From contig JAHLWP010000002.1 in assembly GCA_019057865.1 (NCBI GenBank), forward strand, positions 64,001 through 128,000: a stretch of 64,000 nt of DNA, read 5' to 3'. The notes under the pieces were generated by a model, which made no database searches, was not told the origin of the DNA, and saw only the letters and a list, made by a program, of their open reading frames with translations. This document shows, piece after piece, positions 20,400 to 31,509 of this stretch (positions within the stretch are counted from its first letter, which is position 1; every line of letters starts with the position of its first letter). The position numbers and the translations under genes were made by a program. The DNA comes from Promethearchaeota archaeon. GTDB taxonomy: Archaea > Asgardarchaeota > Lokiarchaeia > Sigyniarchaeales > SOKP01.

Positions 20400-21410
20400 T
20401 CATTCTATATATTCAAATTTAGCTCCATAGTTATTGGGTTTACATATGTAGATATGTCCTCCCCTATATCTCTGATTTTTTTGAACATCCTTTAACAATT
20501 CTTCTGCTTCGTAATCTGTCTCTACAATGCCTATTACACTAGGTCCAAATGATGACATTCCATAAGCTTTTAACCCATATTCATCAAAAAATTTAAGGAG
20601 GTCTTTTACAATATCATGCTGCAGACTTATTTCAATTTTTTTAAAACCAATAGACTGAATTCTTTTTAATCCTTCACCAAAACATTTTAAATCATTTTTA
20701 ATTAATGCGGGTAAAATTTTCATTATTATCTGGTGAGAGACTTCATTTACCTCATTTCTCGGGATTGGGGCATGGTTTTTAAAAATAGAAACTTCCTCAT
20801 CTCCGAATGCACCCTTTTTTACGTTTGGAATTATAAGAACAAATCTCCAATTATTTGGGATATTGTATCTTGAAATTGTCAATGCTGGATTTGCTGATGT
20901 AGATGCGGAAGAAGGTAAAAAAGTTTCCTTTTCTTTTCCCTTACCAAACTCATGACCTCCATCAAGAATGAAACCTCCTGTTTCGAAACCTCTCCAACCA
21001 ATCCCAGAAGTACCGCCTCTTTCTACTAATTTTGTTAATTCTTGTAATGATATATTATTTAAATCCTTTAATCTTGTTATTGCAAAGGCAATAGCAAGGC
21101 TTAATTGAGTTTTTGAACCTAAACCTACATGACTAGGATAATATCTTTTAAGTTTGAAATGATAATTTTTATTATTAATATTAAATGCTTTAAAGATTCG
21201 AGAGGCTTTCTCATTAATAACATGAACAGATTCTCTATAATACCTATGACATTCAATTTTGAATTCATCAGCACTATTAGACACTTCAAGAATTACATTA
21301 GGACGGTCAAGCATAAGCCCGATCCCTCCATCTACTCTACCAGTATACCCATTTTCATCGATTAAAGAAAGATGGATACGACAAGGAGTCGTGATTTTTA
21401 TAGAAGTCAT
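20400..21410 (-). CDS. mptG: Beta-ribofuranosylaminobenzene 5'-phosphate synthase (GHMP family)
   Basis: PCRIHLSLID, GRVDGGIG, HVGLGSKTQ, RGGTSGIG, GFILDGGH, MSSFGP. Confidence 0.92.
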   Translation of the reverse strand: MTSIKITTPCRIHLSLIDENGYTGRVDGGIGLMLDRPNVILEVSNSADEFKIECHRYYRESVHVINEKASRIFKAFNINNKNYHFKLKRYYPSHVGLGSKTQLSLAIAFAITRLKDLNNISLQELTKLVERGGTSGIGWRGFETGGFILDGGHEFGKGKEKETFLPSSASTSANPALTISRYNIPNNWRFVLIIPNVKKGAFGDEEVSIFKNHAPIPRNEVNEVSHQIIMKILPALIKNDLKCFGEGLKRIQSIGFKKIEISLQHDIVKDLLKFFDEYGLKAYGMSSFGPSVIGIVETDYEAEELLKDVQKNQRYRGGHIYICKPNNYGAKFEYIE

Positions 21411-21663
21411 ATTATTTTTTTTTTTAAGAATGATGAACTATGATTATGAATTCTTAAAATAATTTAAATGTATTATATACCATAATGGGAGAATGAGAGG
21501 ATTTAGATTATCTTTAAAAATAATTTTTTCAGTGTGCTTAGCGAATAATTATTACTCCTTAATAAAATTCCAAAGAATTTTTCTATAAACTAATTCTTTA
21601 TATTTTAATAGATAGATTGCTATTTGTCAGATTAAATTAATTATTTTATGAAAGGTTTTATTT

Positions 21664-23058
21664 TTGAGTGATTTGGAAGGTTTAACAAGGAGATTAATAA
21701 AAAAAGGATATTCAGACAGTCAAATACTTGAAAGATTAGTTCAAGAATATCTTGATTTTAAAGATATTGATGAGAATTTAGCTTTTAAACTTGCAAATGC
21801 TATTTTGGAAGAATGTAAAAACAGTAATATTGATTATATCTTAGATCCTTTTATAAAAGAATTATTAGAAGTTAATAAAGCAAACGTCTCTGTAGGAAAG
21901 CAAGGAGTAGGGTGTAGAGGTGCCGGAGATTTTTTTGTTCATAAACTTGTAACAGACTTTTCTGAAACAGAACATAAAGCATATTTATCTCCTACTTCCC
22001 TCGATGATGCTGGAGCTGTTCGATTACAAGATATAAAAGGATTTAAAAATGATTTCTTTAAAATAAAAGATTTAATTGTTGTCTCTAAAATGGAAGGTAT
22101 TCATTCTCGGCTTAGTGATTTTCCGTTCATATGTGGTTTTCATGTAACACGAGCAGCTTTAAGAGATTTGTATGTTAAAGGAGCAAAACCTATTTCAATA
22201 ATGATTGATGTTCATTTAGGAGATGATGCTGATGTTGGAAAATTATTTGATTTTATGGCAGGTATTTCTGTAGTTTCAGAACTTACAAAAGTTCCAATAA
22301 CAGCCGGGTCAACATTAAGGATTGGAGGAGATATGGTAATTGGGGATCGATTAGTTGGAGGAATAGCAGCTGTTGGTCTTGCTAAGAGGAAACTATTAGC
22401 AAGAAGAAATATACAAGTTGGAGATGTAATCCTAATGACTGAAGGAGCAGGAGGTGGAACAATCACAACCACAGCAATTTATTCAGGAAATCATGAAATT
22501 GTAAAACAAACAATTAATATTAAATTTCTTGAAGCTTGTGAAATTATTTTAAACTCGAATTACACTAATGAAATTAGAGCCATGTGCGATGTTACAAATG
22601 GAGGATTAAGAGGAGATCTATATGAAATTAATTATGAAGCCAATTGTGGAGTTAACATCTATGTGGAAAAAGTAAGAAATCTAGTAAATCCAATCGTTTT
22701 AGATATGTTAGAAAAGGTTGGAGTGGATTATTTAGGAGTTTCTTTAGATTCTCTCTTAATATATTGTTCTAAATCTATTTCAGATAAAATTATTATTGAT
22801 CTTAAAAGAAAAAATATTAGGTGTGATGAAATAGGTTATGTAGATGATTCAAACCAAGTTTTTCTAACGTATAAAGGTAAAGAGAAAAAAGAAATCCTTC
22901 CTAAATTTAGAGAATCTGCTTACACTAAGATAAAACAAGAGATTGGAGAAAATGCACCCGATATTATTGATGTAATGGAAAAAGATATTGAAAAGGCAGC
23001 TTTAGAAGCGCTAAAAAAGCGAAAGAAGATAATTGAATATATAAAAAGTCAGAACTAG
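21664..23058 (+). CDS. AIR synthase-related (PurM-like) protein
   Basis: DLEG, GVGCRGAGDFFVH, DDAG, GIHSRLS.FP, DVTNGG, FRESAYT. Confidence 0.85.
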   Translation: MSDLEGLTRRLIKKGYSDSQILERLVQEYLDFKDIDENLAFKLANAILEECKNSNIDYILDPFIKELLEVNKANVSVGKQGVGCRGAGDFFVHKLVTDFSETEHKAYLSPTSLDDAGAVRLQDIKGFKNDFFKIKDLIVVSKMEGIHSRLSDFPFICGFHVTRAALRDLYVKGAKPISIMIDVHLGDDADVGKLFDFMAGISVVSELTKVPITAGSTLRIGGDMVIGDRLVGGIAAVGLAKRKLLARRNIQVGDVILMTEGAGGGTITTTAIYSGNHEIVKQTINIKFLEACEIILNSNYTNEIRAMCDVTNGGLRGDLYEINYEANCGVNIYVEKVRNLVNPIVLDMLEKVGVDYLGVSLDSLLIYCSKSISDKIIIDLKRKNIRCDEIGYVDDSNQVFLTYKGKEKKEILPKFRESAYTKIKQEIGENAPDIIDVMEKDIEKAALEALKKRKKIIEYIKSQN

Positions 23059-23070
23059 AAATTTTGAACA

Positions 23071-23895
23071 TTAATTTAAATCTAAGACCTCATTCATAGA
23101 TCCTGATCTAAAACCTTCAATATCAATCGTGACGTATGTAAATCCAAGTTCTTTTAATTTGGTTCCAATTAATTTCATATTATTTGCAGTTAAAATATTG
23201 AGTAAATCTTCAGGTAAGAATTCAATACGAGCAAGACTTTCTTCATGTAATCTTACCCTTAATTGCTTTAAATTAAATGTATTTTTAAGAAATTTTTCTG
23301 CTTCTCTAATCATAATTAGCTTTTTTTCACTTATGATTTGCCCATAAGGAATTCGTGATGAAAAGCATGCCATTGATGGTTTAGATTGAACATCAAGCTC
23401 ATAAAATTTACTGATCTCTCTTATTTCACTTTTGTTTATATTGTAGTCAATATAAGGAGTGAAAATTTTTAATTCTTTTAAAGCTTGCATTCCTGGCCTA
23501 TAATCCGAAAGATCATCTGCATTTGAACCATCTATAATAACGTCAAAATTTTTTAAATTTTTAATTTCAAGAATGTCATTATATAATCCTGTTTTGCAAA
23601 TGTAACATCTATTTAAGGGATTACACTGGAAATCTTCTTCCTTTAGGGGATCTCTTTCTATAATCATATGATTTATACCAAAACTTTTAGCAAATTGAGA
23701 AGATTCTTCAATTTCTTCTTCAGGATAAAGGATTGAACGTTCAGTTATAAGCAGGGTATCTTTAGCGTATTTCTTTGAAAGAAATGCTAAAAGTGAGCTA
23801 TCTATACCTCCTGAAAAAGCAACAATTACTTTTTTCTCTTTTAAAAAAGAGATGAGATTATTTAATTTTTTTCTAAGATTTTCATTTAATTCCAT
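23071..23895 (-). CDS. larE: ATP-dependent sulfur transferase LarE
   Basis: AFSGGIDS PP-loop, RCYICK, DGSNADD..DYRPG, ACFSSRIPYG, GFRSGSMN. Confidence 0.9.
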   Translation of the reverse strand: MELNENLRKKLNNLISFLKEKKVIVAFSGGIDSSLLAFLSKKYAKDTLLITERSILYPEEEIEESSQFAKSFGINHMIIERDPLKEEDFQCNPLNRCYICKTGLYNDILEIKNLKNFDVIIDGSNADDLSDYRPGMQALKELKIFTPYIDYNINKSEIREISKFYELDVQSKPSMACFSSRIPYGQIISEKKLIMIREAEKFLKNTFNLKQLRVRLHEESLARIEFLPEDLLNILTANNMKLIGTKLKELGFTYVTIDIEGFRSGSMNEVLDLN

Positions 23896-24007
23896 TATTA
23901 GTTAATAAGTTCTTTAGAATTTAGATTATTCTCTAATAAAATAAAAATTATGATTACAACCTAATAATATTTATCAAACAAATAAGAAAGAAAAAAATAA
24001 GATATTA

Positions 24008-24784
24008 TTACCATTTAAAGTTAGGATCAAAAAATAGAATTGTATTTAGTTTTTGCATAGTTATCCATACAACAGGATAATACCACGCGATCCCACTTAA
24101 CATCATTAACCATTCAAGAAATGCTCTTGTTAATGGTTCTGGGGGTATTAAAAAAAATATAGAAGCTACAGGTGGACCGAATATCATGAAATAACCAATC
24201 ATTTTAGGGAATATTCTTCTTTTTAATACAATCGCTAATCCAGTGAAAAATGCTCCAAAAGCAAATCCTCCAAATGCCAAAGTAGCAAAAATAAAATGTA
24301 AATCAAATGGAGAACGATCTAAACTAAAAATTCCTATAAAAAACATTCCAAAAATTCCTACAAAAAGACCTCCTACTCCCATATAGCCAAATATCCTTCT
24401 AGATACAATTAGACGATGCTCCCTTTTCGAATTATCTATAATATGATTCTGATGTGAGCTATATAAGCGGTTTAGATTTAAGATTAAAGGAATAATGAAA
24501 ATTGCAGTTAATATACAGGTTATATCCAAAATAAAAGGAGCTGGAGTATATTTTATTGAACCCAAATCACTTATATAATTATAAAATAAATTATAGCTAA
24601 GTGGACCAAAATTAATAGCAATTATTAAACCTAATATCAAGCCTGGTAAAAATGTAAGGAGACTTACATAAATACTAATCTTCACTATTTTTGGTTCTGT
24701 AAATTTGTTATAAAACCAAATACTATTTTCCTTTAATTTTATAAGAATTGGATTTAAAAATTCCAGTGAATTTTTTTCGCTCAT
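24008..24784 (-). CDS. DUF998-like membrane protein
   Basis: NYISDLG motif, conserved His (DLHFIFA), five hydrophobic helices. Confidence 0.7.
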   Translation of the reverse strand: MSEKNSLEFLNPILIKLKENSIWFYNKFTEPKIVKISIYVSLLTFLPGLILGLIIAINFGPLSYNLFYNYISDLGSIKYTPAPFILDITCILTAIFIIPLILNLNRLYSSHQNHIIDNSKREHRLIVSRRIFGYMGVGGLFVGIFGMFFIGIFSLDRSPFDLHFIFATLAFGGFAFGAFFTGLAIVLKRRIFPKMIGYFMIFGPPVASIFFLIPPEPLTRAFLEWLMMLSGIAWYYPVVWITMQKLNTILFFDPNFKW

Positions 24785-25061
24785 TCTAAATTACCATTAT
24801 TATAATTTTATAAACATTACATAAATATTAAAGTTATTCGAACTCTGGTAACTGTTTAATTATTAAAGCTTAACCCGTTTTTCTTTAATAAATAATTATA
24901 TTACACTTATTTATTTGTTTTGATCTCATAAAACACAATTTTGTATGATTAAGATAGGAAAAAAAATATTAAACATTATCATTTAGATTAATAATTTGAT
25001 AAAATTAAACAAAAAAGCTTGATACAAAAGATAAAAAATTAGAAAAAGAGAAAATAAAAAT

Positions 25062-26246
25062 TTAAGTCTTTGCATTTTGAATTTTATAGATTTTGTAAAT
25101 ATTACCAGCAAAACCGCCTACTATAGCTATGATTATACCGATGTGTACCCAGAAATAAATGATATATGCAATAGAATCTGGATCAGAAGGTATTTCAGTA
25201 ATGTTCCCCCCAGAAAATAATGAGATTGGGAAAATCTCAGGATTATTCAGTAAATACATGAATAGAGGAATATATGCTATGCTAAAGAGTGCTTCAAAGA
25301 ATATAAGAACTTGTTGTGCAGTATAATTTCTTACTCCTGCAATTAATCGAACAAGATTAAATAACCCACTAATGAAGATTAGCAATCCAAATATGATAAG
25401 CCAATCTAAAAAAAGTTCTTCAAATAATTCCGTAAATTCAGCAAAAGGCTGAAGAATAAGGAATAATCCAAAAATAATACCTCCAGCAACACCAAATGTT
25501 AATTCACCTACAGATATAGGTTGAAGTTTCCTCAATTCTCGTTTAGCTTTAGCTACTGCTAATCTTTCCTCGCTAATAGCCTTAACTTCAGAAACCTTTT
25601 CGACTGGAAGACTTCTTGCTTTAATTATTCTCTCCTTGGCACGTTGTTTTGCTTCTTCAAGTTTAAATTTTGTATATTGTCTTGTTTCTTCTAAATCCCT
25701 TTTTGTAAAGTGGATTGGAAACATTAAAGCTAATCTTTTAGGGAATACACCAAAATCTTCAGGTAAAAATCCTTCCATTGAAAAATAAACAAAAACACAT
25801 GTTATAACAACTGCAGTAATTAGGCAACTGATCCATATACCAGTAAACATACTTCCTAAAACATTCCACCAAGGTTCAAAAAAGAACTGGAAAACTGAAA
25901 CAATGATATTAATAGAAATCACTATTATCCAAAAGAAAAAAAGGCTTCTTAAATAAAAGTCAAGCAATTCCTCAGTAATGTATAATTTGGGAGTCCCTCT
26001 TTTTTTGTATATATTTGCTATATTTTCTGGAGTTCCAATTTGGATTAAAGCTTGTTGGATATCTGCATTAGATGGCTCATATCCGTTTGCTATGAAAATA
26101 GCTTCATTTAGGATTTGTTGCTTTAAGTCTTCTAAGATATTTTGTACTTCATCTTCTTTCCATTTTAACCACTCAGGTAATTTTCTCTTAATCTGTGTTA
26201 AAAAATCATCAATCAAAATGTCACCTTGATCATTCAATATTCTCAC
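25062..26246 (-). CDS. HAAS-domain membrane protein
   Basis: N-terminal IDDFLTQIKRKLP...DL...IGTPENIA followed by multiple TM helices. Confidence 0.7.
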   Translation of the reverse strand: MRILNDQGDILIDDFLTQIKRKLPEWLKWKEDEVQNILEDLKQQILNEAIFIANGYEPSNADIQQALIQIGTPENIANIYKKRGTPKLYITEELLDFYLRSLFFFWIIVISINIIVSVFQFFFEPWWNVLGSMFTGIWISCLITAVVITCVFVYFSMEGFLPEDFGVFPKRLALMFPIHFTKRDLEETRQYTKFKLEEAKQRAKERIIKARSLPVEKVSEVKAISEERLAVAKAKRELRKLQPISVGELTFGVAGGIIFGLFLILQPFAEFTELFEELFLDWLIIFGLLIFISGLFNLVRLIAGVRNYTAQQVLIFFEALFSIAYIPLFMYLLNNPEIFPISLFSGGNITEIPSDPDSIAYIIYFWVHIGIIIAIVGGFAGNIYKIYKIQNAKT

Positions 26247-26387
26247 ATTTTTTATTAATTTGAGTTATATAAAAGTCAATTCAATATTATCTAGTTAAAA
26301 AATAATTATAATTTATTATTAAAATTAATATAGACCAATATTATAGTTATTATAGCTTAAAGTGATTATGGATAATGCCTATTTAAT

Positions 26388-27833
26388 TTGGATAATAAAT
26401 TATATTCTATGAGAGATTTGATCAATAAGAAAAGAGAAAAATCAATCAAAAGAAAATTTGGTTCTCATTTAACTTCAGTTGATATCTTTAATCAATTTAT
26501 ATTACCTGATATTAAGAATCTATTATTAGATTATATTTGGATTGATCTATATGCTGGTGAAGGAAATCTAATTCTACCTATATTAAATGAGATTTCATTA
26601 AATGATAGAAGAGAATTCTTTAAAGATCATATATATTTATTTGATGTTCAGCCCTCGATGGTTAATAAATGTATAGCGAATGCATTTTCTTATGGAATCC
26701 CCGAATATCTAGCAAAAAACAATATTAAACTAAGAGATAATTTAGAGAATTTCCCTTTATTTTTAAAAGGAAAAAGCTTCCCAACATATCATATAACAAA
26801 TCCCCCATACTTATATTTAGGATATATTCGAAAACATCAAGACACCCAAAATTATTATAAATATTTTGAAAATGAAAATGAAGGATATCAAGATTTATAC
26901 CAGATTGCTATGATAAATGACTTAAGGAACGAGATTGAAAATTTAATTTACATAATTCCAACAAATTTTTTGTTTGGGGCATCAGTTTCCAATAAATTCC
27001 GTCATGATTTCTTAAAACATTATAAAATTCTCAAAATGGTAATATTTGAAACTAAAGTCTTTGAATATACAGGAACAAATATATGTATAGGATTTTTTAA
27101 AAAGAAAAGAGTATCTAAGGTGGAACCTGTGGAGTTTGCTGGCTTAAAAATCAAAAAGCAAAATAAAATTCTAGAAAAAACCTACCGTTTAAAGCCGGAA
27201 TACAATTATCGTGCTGGCTCTGAATTTGAAGAATTTCTCGATAAATATCGATCTCAAAATCCCCTAGTCGTAAAATATTATTTACTAAAAGATGAAATAT
27301 TAAAGAATAATGGGAGCTATGAAATTAGAGTAATTGATGCTAATAATTATAAAAATAATAAATACAAAAAATTAATTCTTCATGTTAATCAAAATTTGAA
27401 ACAGAAAATTGATTCAAATATATTATACATTAAAACTGTTGATTCAGGAACATATGATGGAAGGGTAGGGCTTGGCATTATAAATGAAGATTTCAATGTT
27501 CAAGGAATATATGTATCATCAAATACTTATCGCACTCATCCTATTCATATCTTTCTTGACCCAAAATTGTCTATAGAAGATCAAATACTGTTGAAAGATT
27601 ATTTTAATTTTATTTTAGAATCTTTTAGAGAAAAGTTAGACAGTGAATTTTTAACCACATATAAATATTCAAAAGCAGAATACACGAGAAAATATTTAGG
27701 ATTGACTCAAGTTAGAAAATTAATTGAAACATTTCCTATACGAGATATTGATTTAGTAAATAAGAAAGAATTAAAGAATTTGATAGAAAATGGGGAGTTT
27801 AACAAAATTTTAGGAATGTTAAAGACTTTATAA
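26388..27833 (+). CDS. N6-adenine DNA methyltransferase (gamma-class motif order)
   Basis: DLYAGEG (motif I) precedes TNPPY (motif IV). Confidence 0.85.
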   Translation: MDNKLYSMRDLINKKREKSIKRKFGSHLTSVDIFNQFILPDIKNLLLDYIWIDLYAGEGNLILPILNEISLNDRREFFKDHIYLFDVQPSMVNKCIANAFSYGIPEYLAKNNIKLRDNLENFPLFLKGKSFPTYHITNPPYLYLGYIRKHQDTQNYYKYFENENEGYQDLYQIAMINDLRNEIENLIYIIPTNFLFGASVSNKFRHDFLKHYKILKMVIFETKVFEYTGTNICIGFFKKKRVSKVEPVEFAGLKIKKQNKILEKTYRLKPEYNYRAGSEFEEFLDKYRSQNPLVVKYYLLKDEILKNNGSYEIRVIDANNYKNNKYKKLILHVNQNLKQKIDSNILYIKTVDSGTYDGRVGLGIINEDFNVQGIYVSSNTYRTHPIHIFLDPKLSIEDQILLKDYFNFILESFREKLDSEFLTTYKYSKAEYTRKYLGLTQVRKLIETFPIRDIDLVNKKELKNLIENGEFNKILGMLKTL

Positions 27834-27848
27834 GTAATTTTTAATCTA

Positions 27849-28730
27849 TTATAATATACTTGCTAAAATAAAGGCAATTAATCCAAGAAAGGCTCCAATT
27901 TTTAACAATAAACTAATTTTTGAAAAGTCTTTTTTTACTAAATTCTTTTTTAACATTAAAATTATAGCAAAAATGACAATAACCAATCCGCAAATCATAG
28001 AAATTAGGAATAAAATAGGATTTATAATTGGAGTAAAAAGGGGCAATACGAAAAATAAAATTGCTAATAAAGCAGAAATCATGGAAATTAATGTTGCCTT
28101 CTTTATTCCTATATGAATAGCTAGCGTTTTTACACCTTGTTCTTTGTCACCTTCAATATCTTCACAACCCTTAATTATTTCACGAGCAAGTAATAAAAAA
28201 AAGCTTGTTAAGAAAAAGAAATAAATATATAATGGAACAGCTGAATTATTTAAGACGGCACCATAAATCAAGCCTATTGAAAAAGAGATACTAACAATAA
28301 TATTTCCAAAAAAACCACTTTTTTTCCCCCAAGCAGCGTAAAGCCATCCAATAAAGCCAAAAAAAACTGCCAAAATTATATTAAGAAAACCTAATTCAAA
28401 TATGAAACTATGTATAATGGAAAGTACAACTCCTATGGATAAAGTAACTGAGTATATTATTATCGCTTGTTTAACAGTTAACCTCTCTGAGGGTAGAGGT
28501 CGCTCTGGGCGATTTATAATATCGATTCCTGATTTATAGTCGTAGATGTCATTTATCACCATACCTGATCCAGCAATTAAAAAATAAGTTAATACACCTA
28601 AAATTATATTGAAAACTAGGATTAACGGATCAATTCCAGTTCGTGTATTTAGGATCCCAATAATAACAGTCAAACTGCCCATAATATCATTGATAGGTCT
28701 AAGAATCTCGAAACTTACTTTAAGTTTCAT
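27849..28730 (-). CDS. Digeranylgeranylglyceryl phosphate synthase (UbiA family)
   Basis: ILRP.N, NDIYD...DIINRPERPLPS, REIIKGCEDIEGD. Confidence 0.9.
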   Translation of the reverse strand: MKLKVSFEILRPINDIMGSLTVIIGILNTRTGIDPLILVFNIILGVLTYFLIAGSGMVINDIYDYKSGIDIINRPERPLPSERLTVKQAIIIYSVTLSIGVVLSIIHSFIFELGFLNIILAVFFGFIGWLYAAWGKKSGFFGNIIVSISFSIGLIYGAVLNNSAVPLYIYFFFLTSFFLLLAREIIKGCEDIEGDKEQGVKTLAIHIGIKKATLISMISALLAILFFVLPLFTPIINPILFLISMICGLVIVIFAIILMLKKNLVKKDFSKISLLLKIGAFLGLIAFILASIL

Positions 28731-28791
28731 ATAATAATCAATGTTATTATTAAAAAAAGATTTGTGCTTTTCATTACTAAATTGTTCTACT

Positions 28792-31509
28792 TTATATTAT
28801 GTGATTGAATTTAGGGATCTCATTCAATTCAATTCTGGTTTTGTTTACAAACTGTTTGATAATATATTTTTGAATTTTTTTAGGATGATTCATATTCTCA
28901 TCAATATAATATGGAAACTCAATTAATATTATATGGTATTTCAGGCAAAATAATCTTTTAAATTCATCAGTTAACTGTTGATGCTCAAATCGTTTACGAC
29001 CTTCTTTTAAAAATCCATGAATATGATTGGGGAATATATAATGTTGGGGTCCATTATATTCAAAAGCCAATCTAATCTTCTTGCCATTTATTTTGATTAT
29101 TGCAAAACCGTCAAAGTGCATTTTGTTCAAAGCAATTCCCTCGAAATTTTTAGGACGTTTAATCATTTTTGCAATTCTATGTAACCGAATTTTTACAAAT
29201 TGAATTGACGACCCAGAGATATAAGTAAAAATTTTCTCAAAATACCAACGGCAAATGCTCTCATATTTTCCTTCCTTACATTTAGGACACCACGAGATTC
29301 TTAGTCGATCCTTTGTAGTTTCCCATATATGACCTTTTATACATTTAACTCTGATCTTAGTTTTTACAGGGATAGTTCCCTCAGTTTTTCTATTTTGTTC
29401 ATACTCTTCTTTATTTGATACAATTACTCCACCAAGCTTTAATATATAATTTTTTATATCTTTATATTTCCACGGTTTCAATCCAACACATTCAGGACAC
29501 CAATGACCATTTAATCTATCTTTAGTAGTTTCCCATATATGCTCATTATCACATTGAACAGTAATCTTAGTTCTAGTAGGTATAGTACCATCATTTTTTC
29601 TTCTATTTTTAAATTCACTTCTGCTAGTTATGAGAATACCGCCTAGTGATTCGACAAATTCGTTTATGTCTTCATAAGTTTGTTTTGATAACCCCTTACA
29701 TACACGACATCCTTTCTTTACCCATAAATTGCCATATTTTGTATTCCATTCATGTCCATTTTCACATTGAACCTTAATTCTAGTTTGACTTGGCGAAGTT
29801 TTTTCTTTTCTCTTATTAATATAAAATTCTTCTTTATTAGTTAAGAGAAAATAGCCAAGTGATTCGGTATAACTTTTTATTTCTTGATATGATAACTGAT
29901 GTGGATGTGATTTATTTGATATTAAAGTTTTAATGTGACTAGGCAAGAATGGTTTAAAATAAGATGTACGTATATTAGTCCTGCTTCCTTTTGATAATCC
30001 GATTTTTTTATATCCTTCTATTCCCAAAAATCGCCAAATTGCATTTTTAGATACTTTTTCATTTTTGATACTCTTTATCCCTAAAGAAATTAGTGAAAAA
30101 TAAGTCAAAATTATTGATAGGAAATTAGCACTTTTATTTATTCCCAGATCTGATGGTTTTAATCCATTTTCTAATGCATATTCAAATAGCCTTATGGCTT
30201 CTTTTTCAATTTTATTTCTATTTTCATCTGAAAATGGAAGATAATAAACAACTGTATTCACATAATTTATTAATTCTCTTTTAAAATTATGGTTGAACGA
30301 TATAACCATTCGAGGATATTTGATTTGTTTTAAAGAAACCTCCAAACCATCTGAAATAAACGGATAAAGCTTTCCTGGACTTAAATTTTTTAACACTGAT
30401 TTAGTAAATCCTATTTCTATATTTTTATCCTCTAAAAATTTTCCTATTGCTTTAGCAGATACTTTTCTATTATTAATTATGGTTATTCCTAAAGAAATTA
30501 AACCATAATAGATTAAGATAATCGATAAATCTAGTACATTTTTAGATTTTCCCATATCTTCAGGGGTCAATCCATTATCTAAAGCTAATTTGAATAGATT
30601 TTCTGACTTTTTTAGAGTATTATGGCGTTCATCTTCTGATATTGGTAGATTTGAAAGAATAATTTCAAAATTATTATATATTTTTGCTTTAAAATTTTCA
30701 TCATAAATATTATTATTAGAATCCTTGCTTGAAAAGGATTTAATTTTACTATTACTCTTAAAATTATAACTTTTCAAATCATCTCGAATGATTCGTTCAA
30801 ATCTGGGGAGAATTGATTTATCCCACAACTTTGAAACAATTATTACAACAGTTTCTATGAGCCATTGGATGTAAATGATGAATTCTTCATAGTATTTTGG
30901 ATTTTTTTTCAATTTAGCCTGTAATTTTTTCAACCATTCTTCAAAATCGTTTTGGGAGATATTGTGAAGGTTCTCCAAGAATTCAGGTTTAATATTCTTA
31001 ACAGTTATTAGTTTTAGGTGGTCTGTTAGAGCTTTAAGTTCGGCTTTTTTTAACTTATTTATATTATCTTTTAGATTTGCTATACATTGTTGTTTTTTTA
31101 ACTCAAAATAAGTAATACGAGAAAAGACAATTATAAAGTTATCTTTAAAGATTTTTGAAAAATCACCGTCTTTAAAGATGCTAGCAATGCTTTCCTTTTG
31201 TTTCTCAGTTTCTTGAAATTCTCCCCCTTCAGTTTCCGTTATAAACTTTTTAATTGTTTCATAAAACCGTTTCCAGGGAGAATTTTTTGATTTATCAGTG
31301 CTGCCACTTAAATTATTATCATTTTTATTTTCAATTATTTCATCTTTTTCTTGATTTTTTTCATTATTATATCTAATTTCAGCACCACATAATTCACAAA
31401 ATAGAGGGTCACTATTCTCGTTAATTTTTTCGAGCAAATCATTTGGAAATTTCCACCCACAGAATTTACAACGATTTAAGGAACTAGTTTGAGATTTTTT
31501 TTCAATCAT
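28792..31509 (-). CDS. Multidomain protein: Zn ribbon + 2 helical (TFIIB/cyclin-like) repeats + 3 Zn-finger repeats + C-terminal PD-(D/E)xK-like nuclease
   Basis: CKFC..CELC; duplicated LP.S..ER...LF..AL.NGL.P.D.G...LSIIL.Y..LISLG; 3x C..(G/E)H.W...C..C; HFDG..LAFEYNGPQHY. Confidence 0.75.
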   Translation of the reverse strand: MIEKKSQTSSLNRCKFCGWKFPNDLLEKINENSDPLFCELCGAEIRYNNEKNQEKDEIIENKNDNNLSGSTDKSKNSPWKRFYETIKKFITETEGGEFQETEKQKESIASIFKDGDFSKIFKDNFIIVFSRITYFELKKQQCIANLKDNINKLKKAELKALTDHLKLITVKNIKPEFLENLHNISQNDFEEWLKKLQAKLKKNPKYYEEFIIYIQWLIETVVIIVSKLWDKSILPRFERIIRDDLKSYNFKSNSKIKSFSSKDSNNNIYDENFKAKIYNNFEIILSNLPISEDERHNTLKKSENLFKLALDNGLTPEDMGKSKNVLDLSIILIYYGLISLGITIINNRKVSAKAIGKFLEDKNIEIGFTKSVLKNLSPGKLYPFISDGLEVSLKQIKYPRMVISFNHNFKRELINYVNTVVYYLPFSDENRNKIEKEAIRLFEYALENGLKPSDLGINKSANFLSIILTYFSLISLGIKSIKNEKVSKNAIWRFLGIEGYKKIGLSKGSRTNIRTSYFKPFLPSHIKTLISNKSHPHQLSYQEIKSYTESLGYFLLTNKEEFYINKRKEKTSPSQTRIKVQCENGHEWNTKYGNLWVKKGCRVCKGLSKQTYEDINEFVESLGGILITSRSEFKNRRKNDGTIPTRTKITVQCDNEHIWETTKDRLNGHWCPECVGLKPWKYKDIKNYILKLGGVIVSNKEEYEQNRKTEGTIPVKTKIRVKCIKGHIWETTKDRLRISWCPKCKEGKYESICRWYFEKIFTYISGSSIQFVKIRLHRIAKMIKRPKNFEGIALNKMHFDGFAIIKINGKKIRLAFEYNGPQHYIFPNHIHGFLKEGRKRFEHQQLTDEFKRLFCLKYHIILIEFPYYIDENMNHPKKIQKYIIKQFVNKTRIELNEIPKFNHII

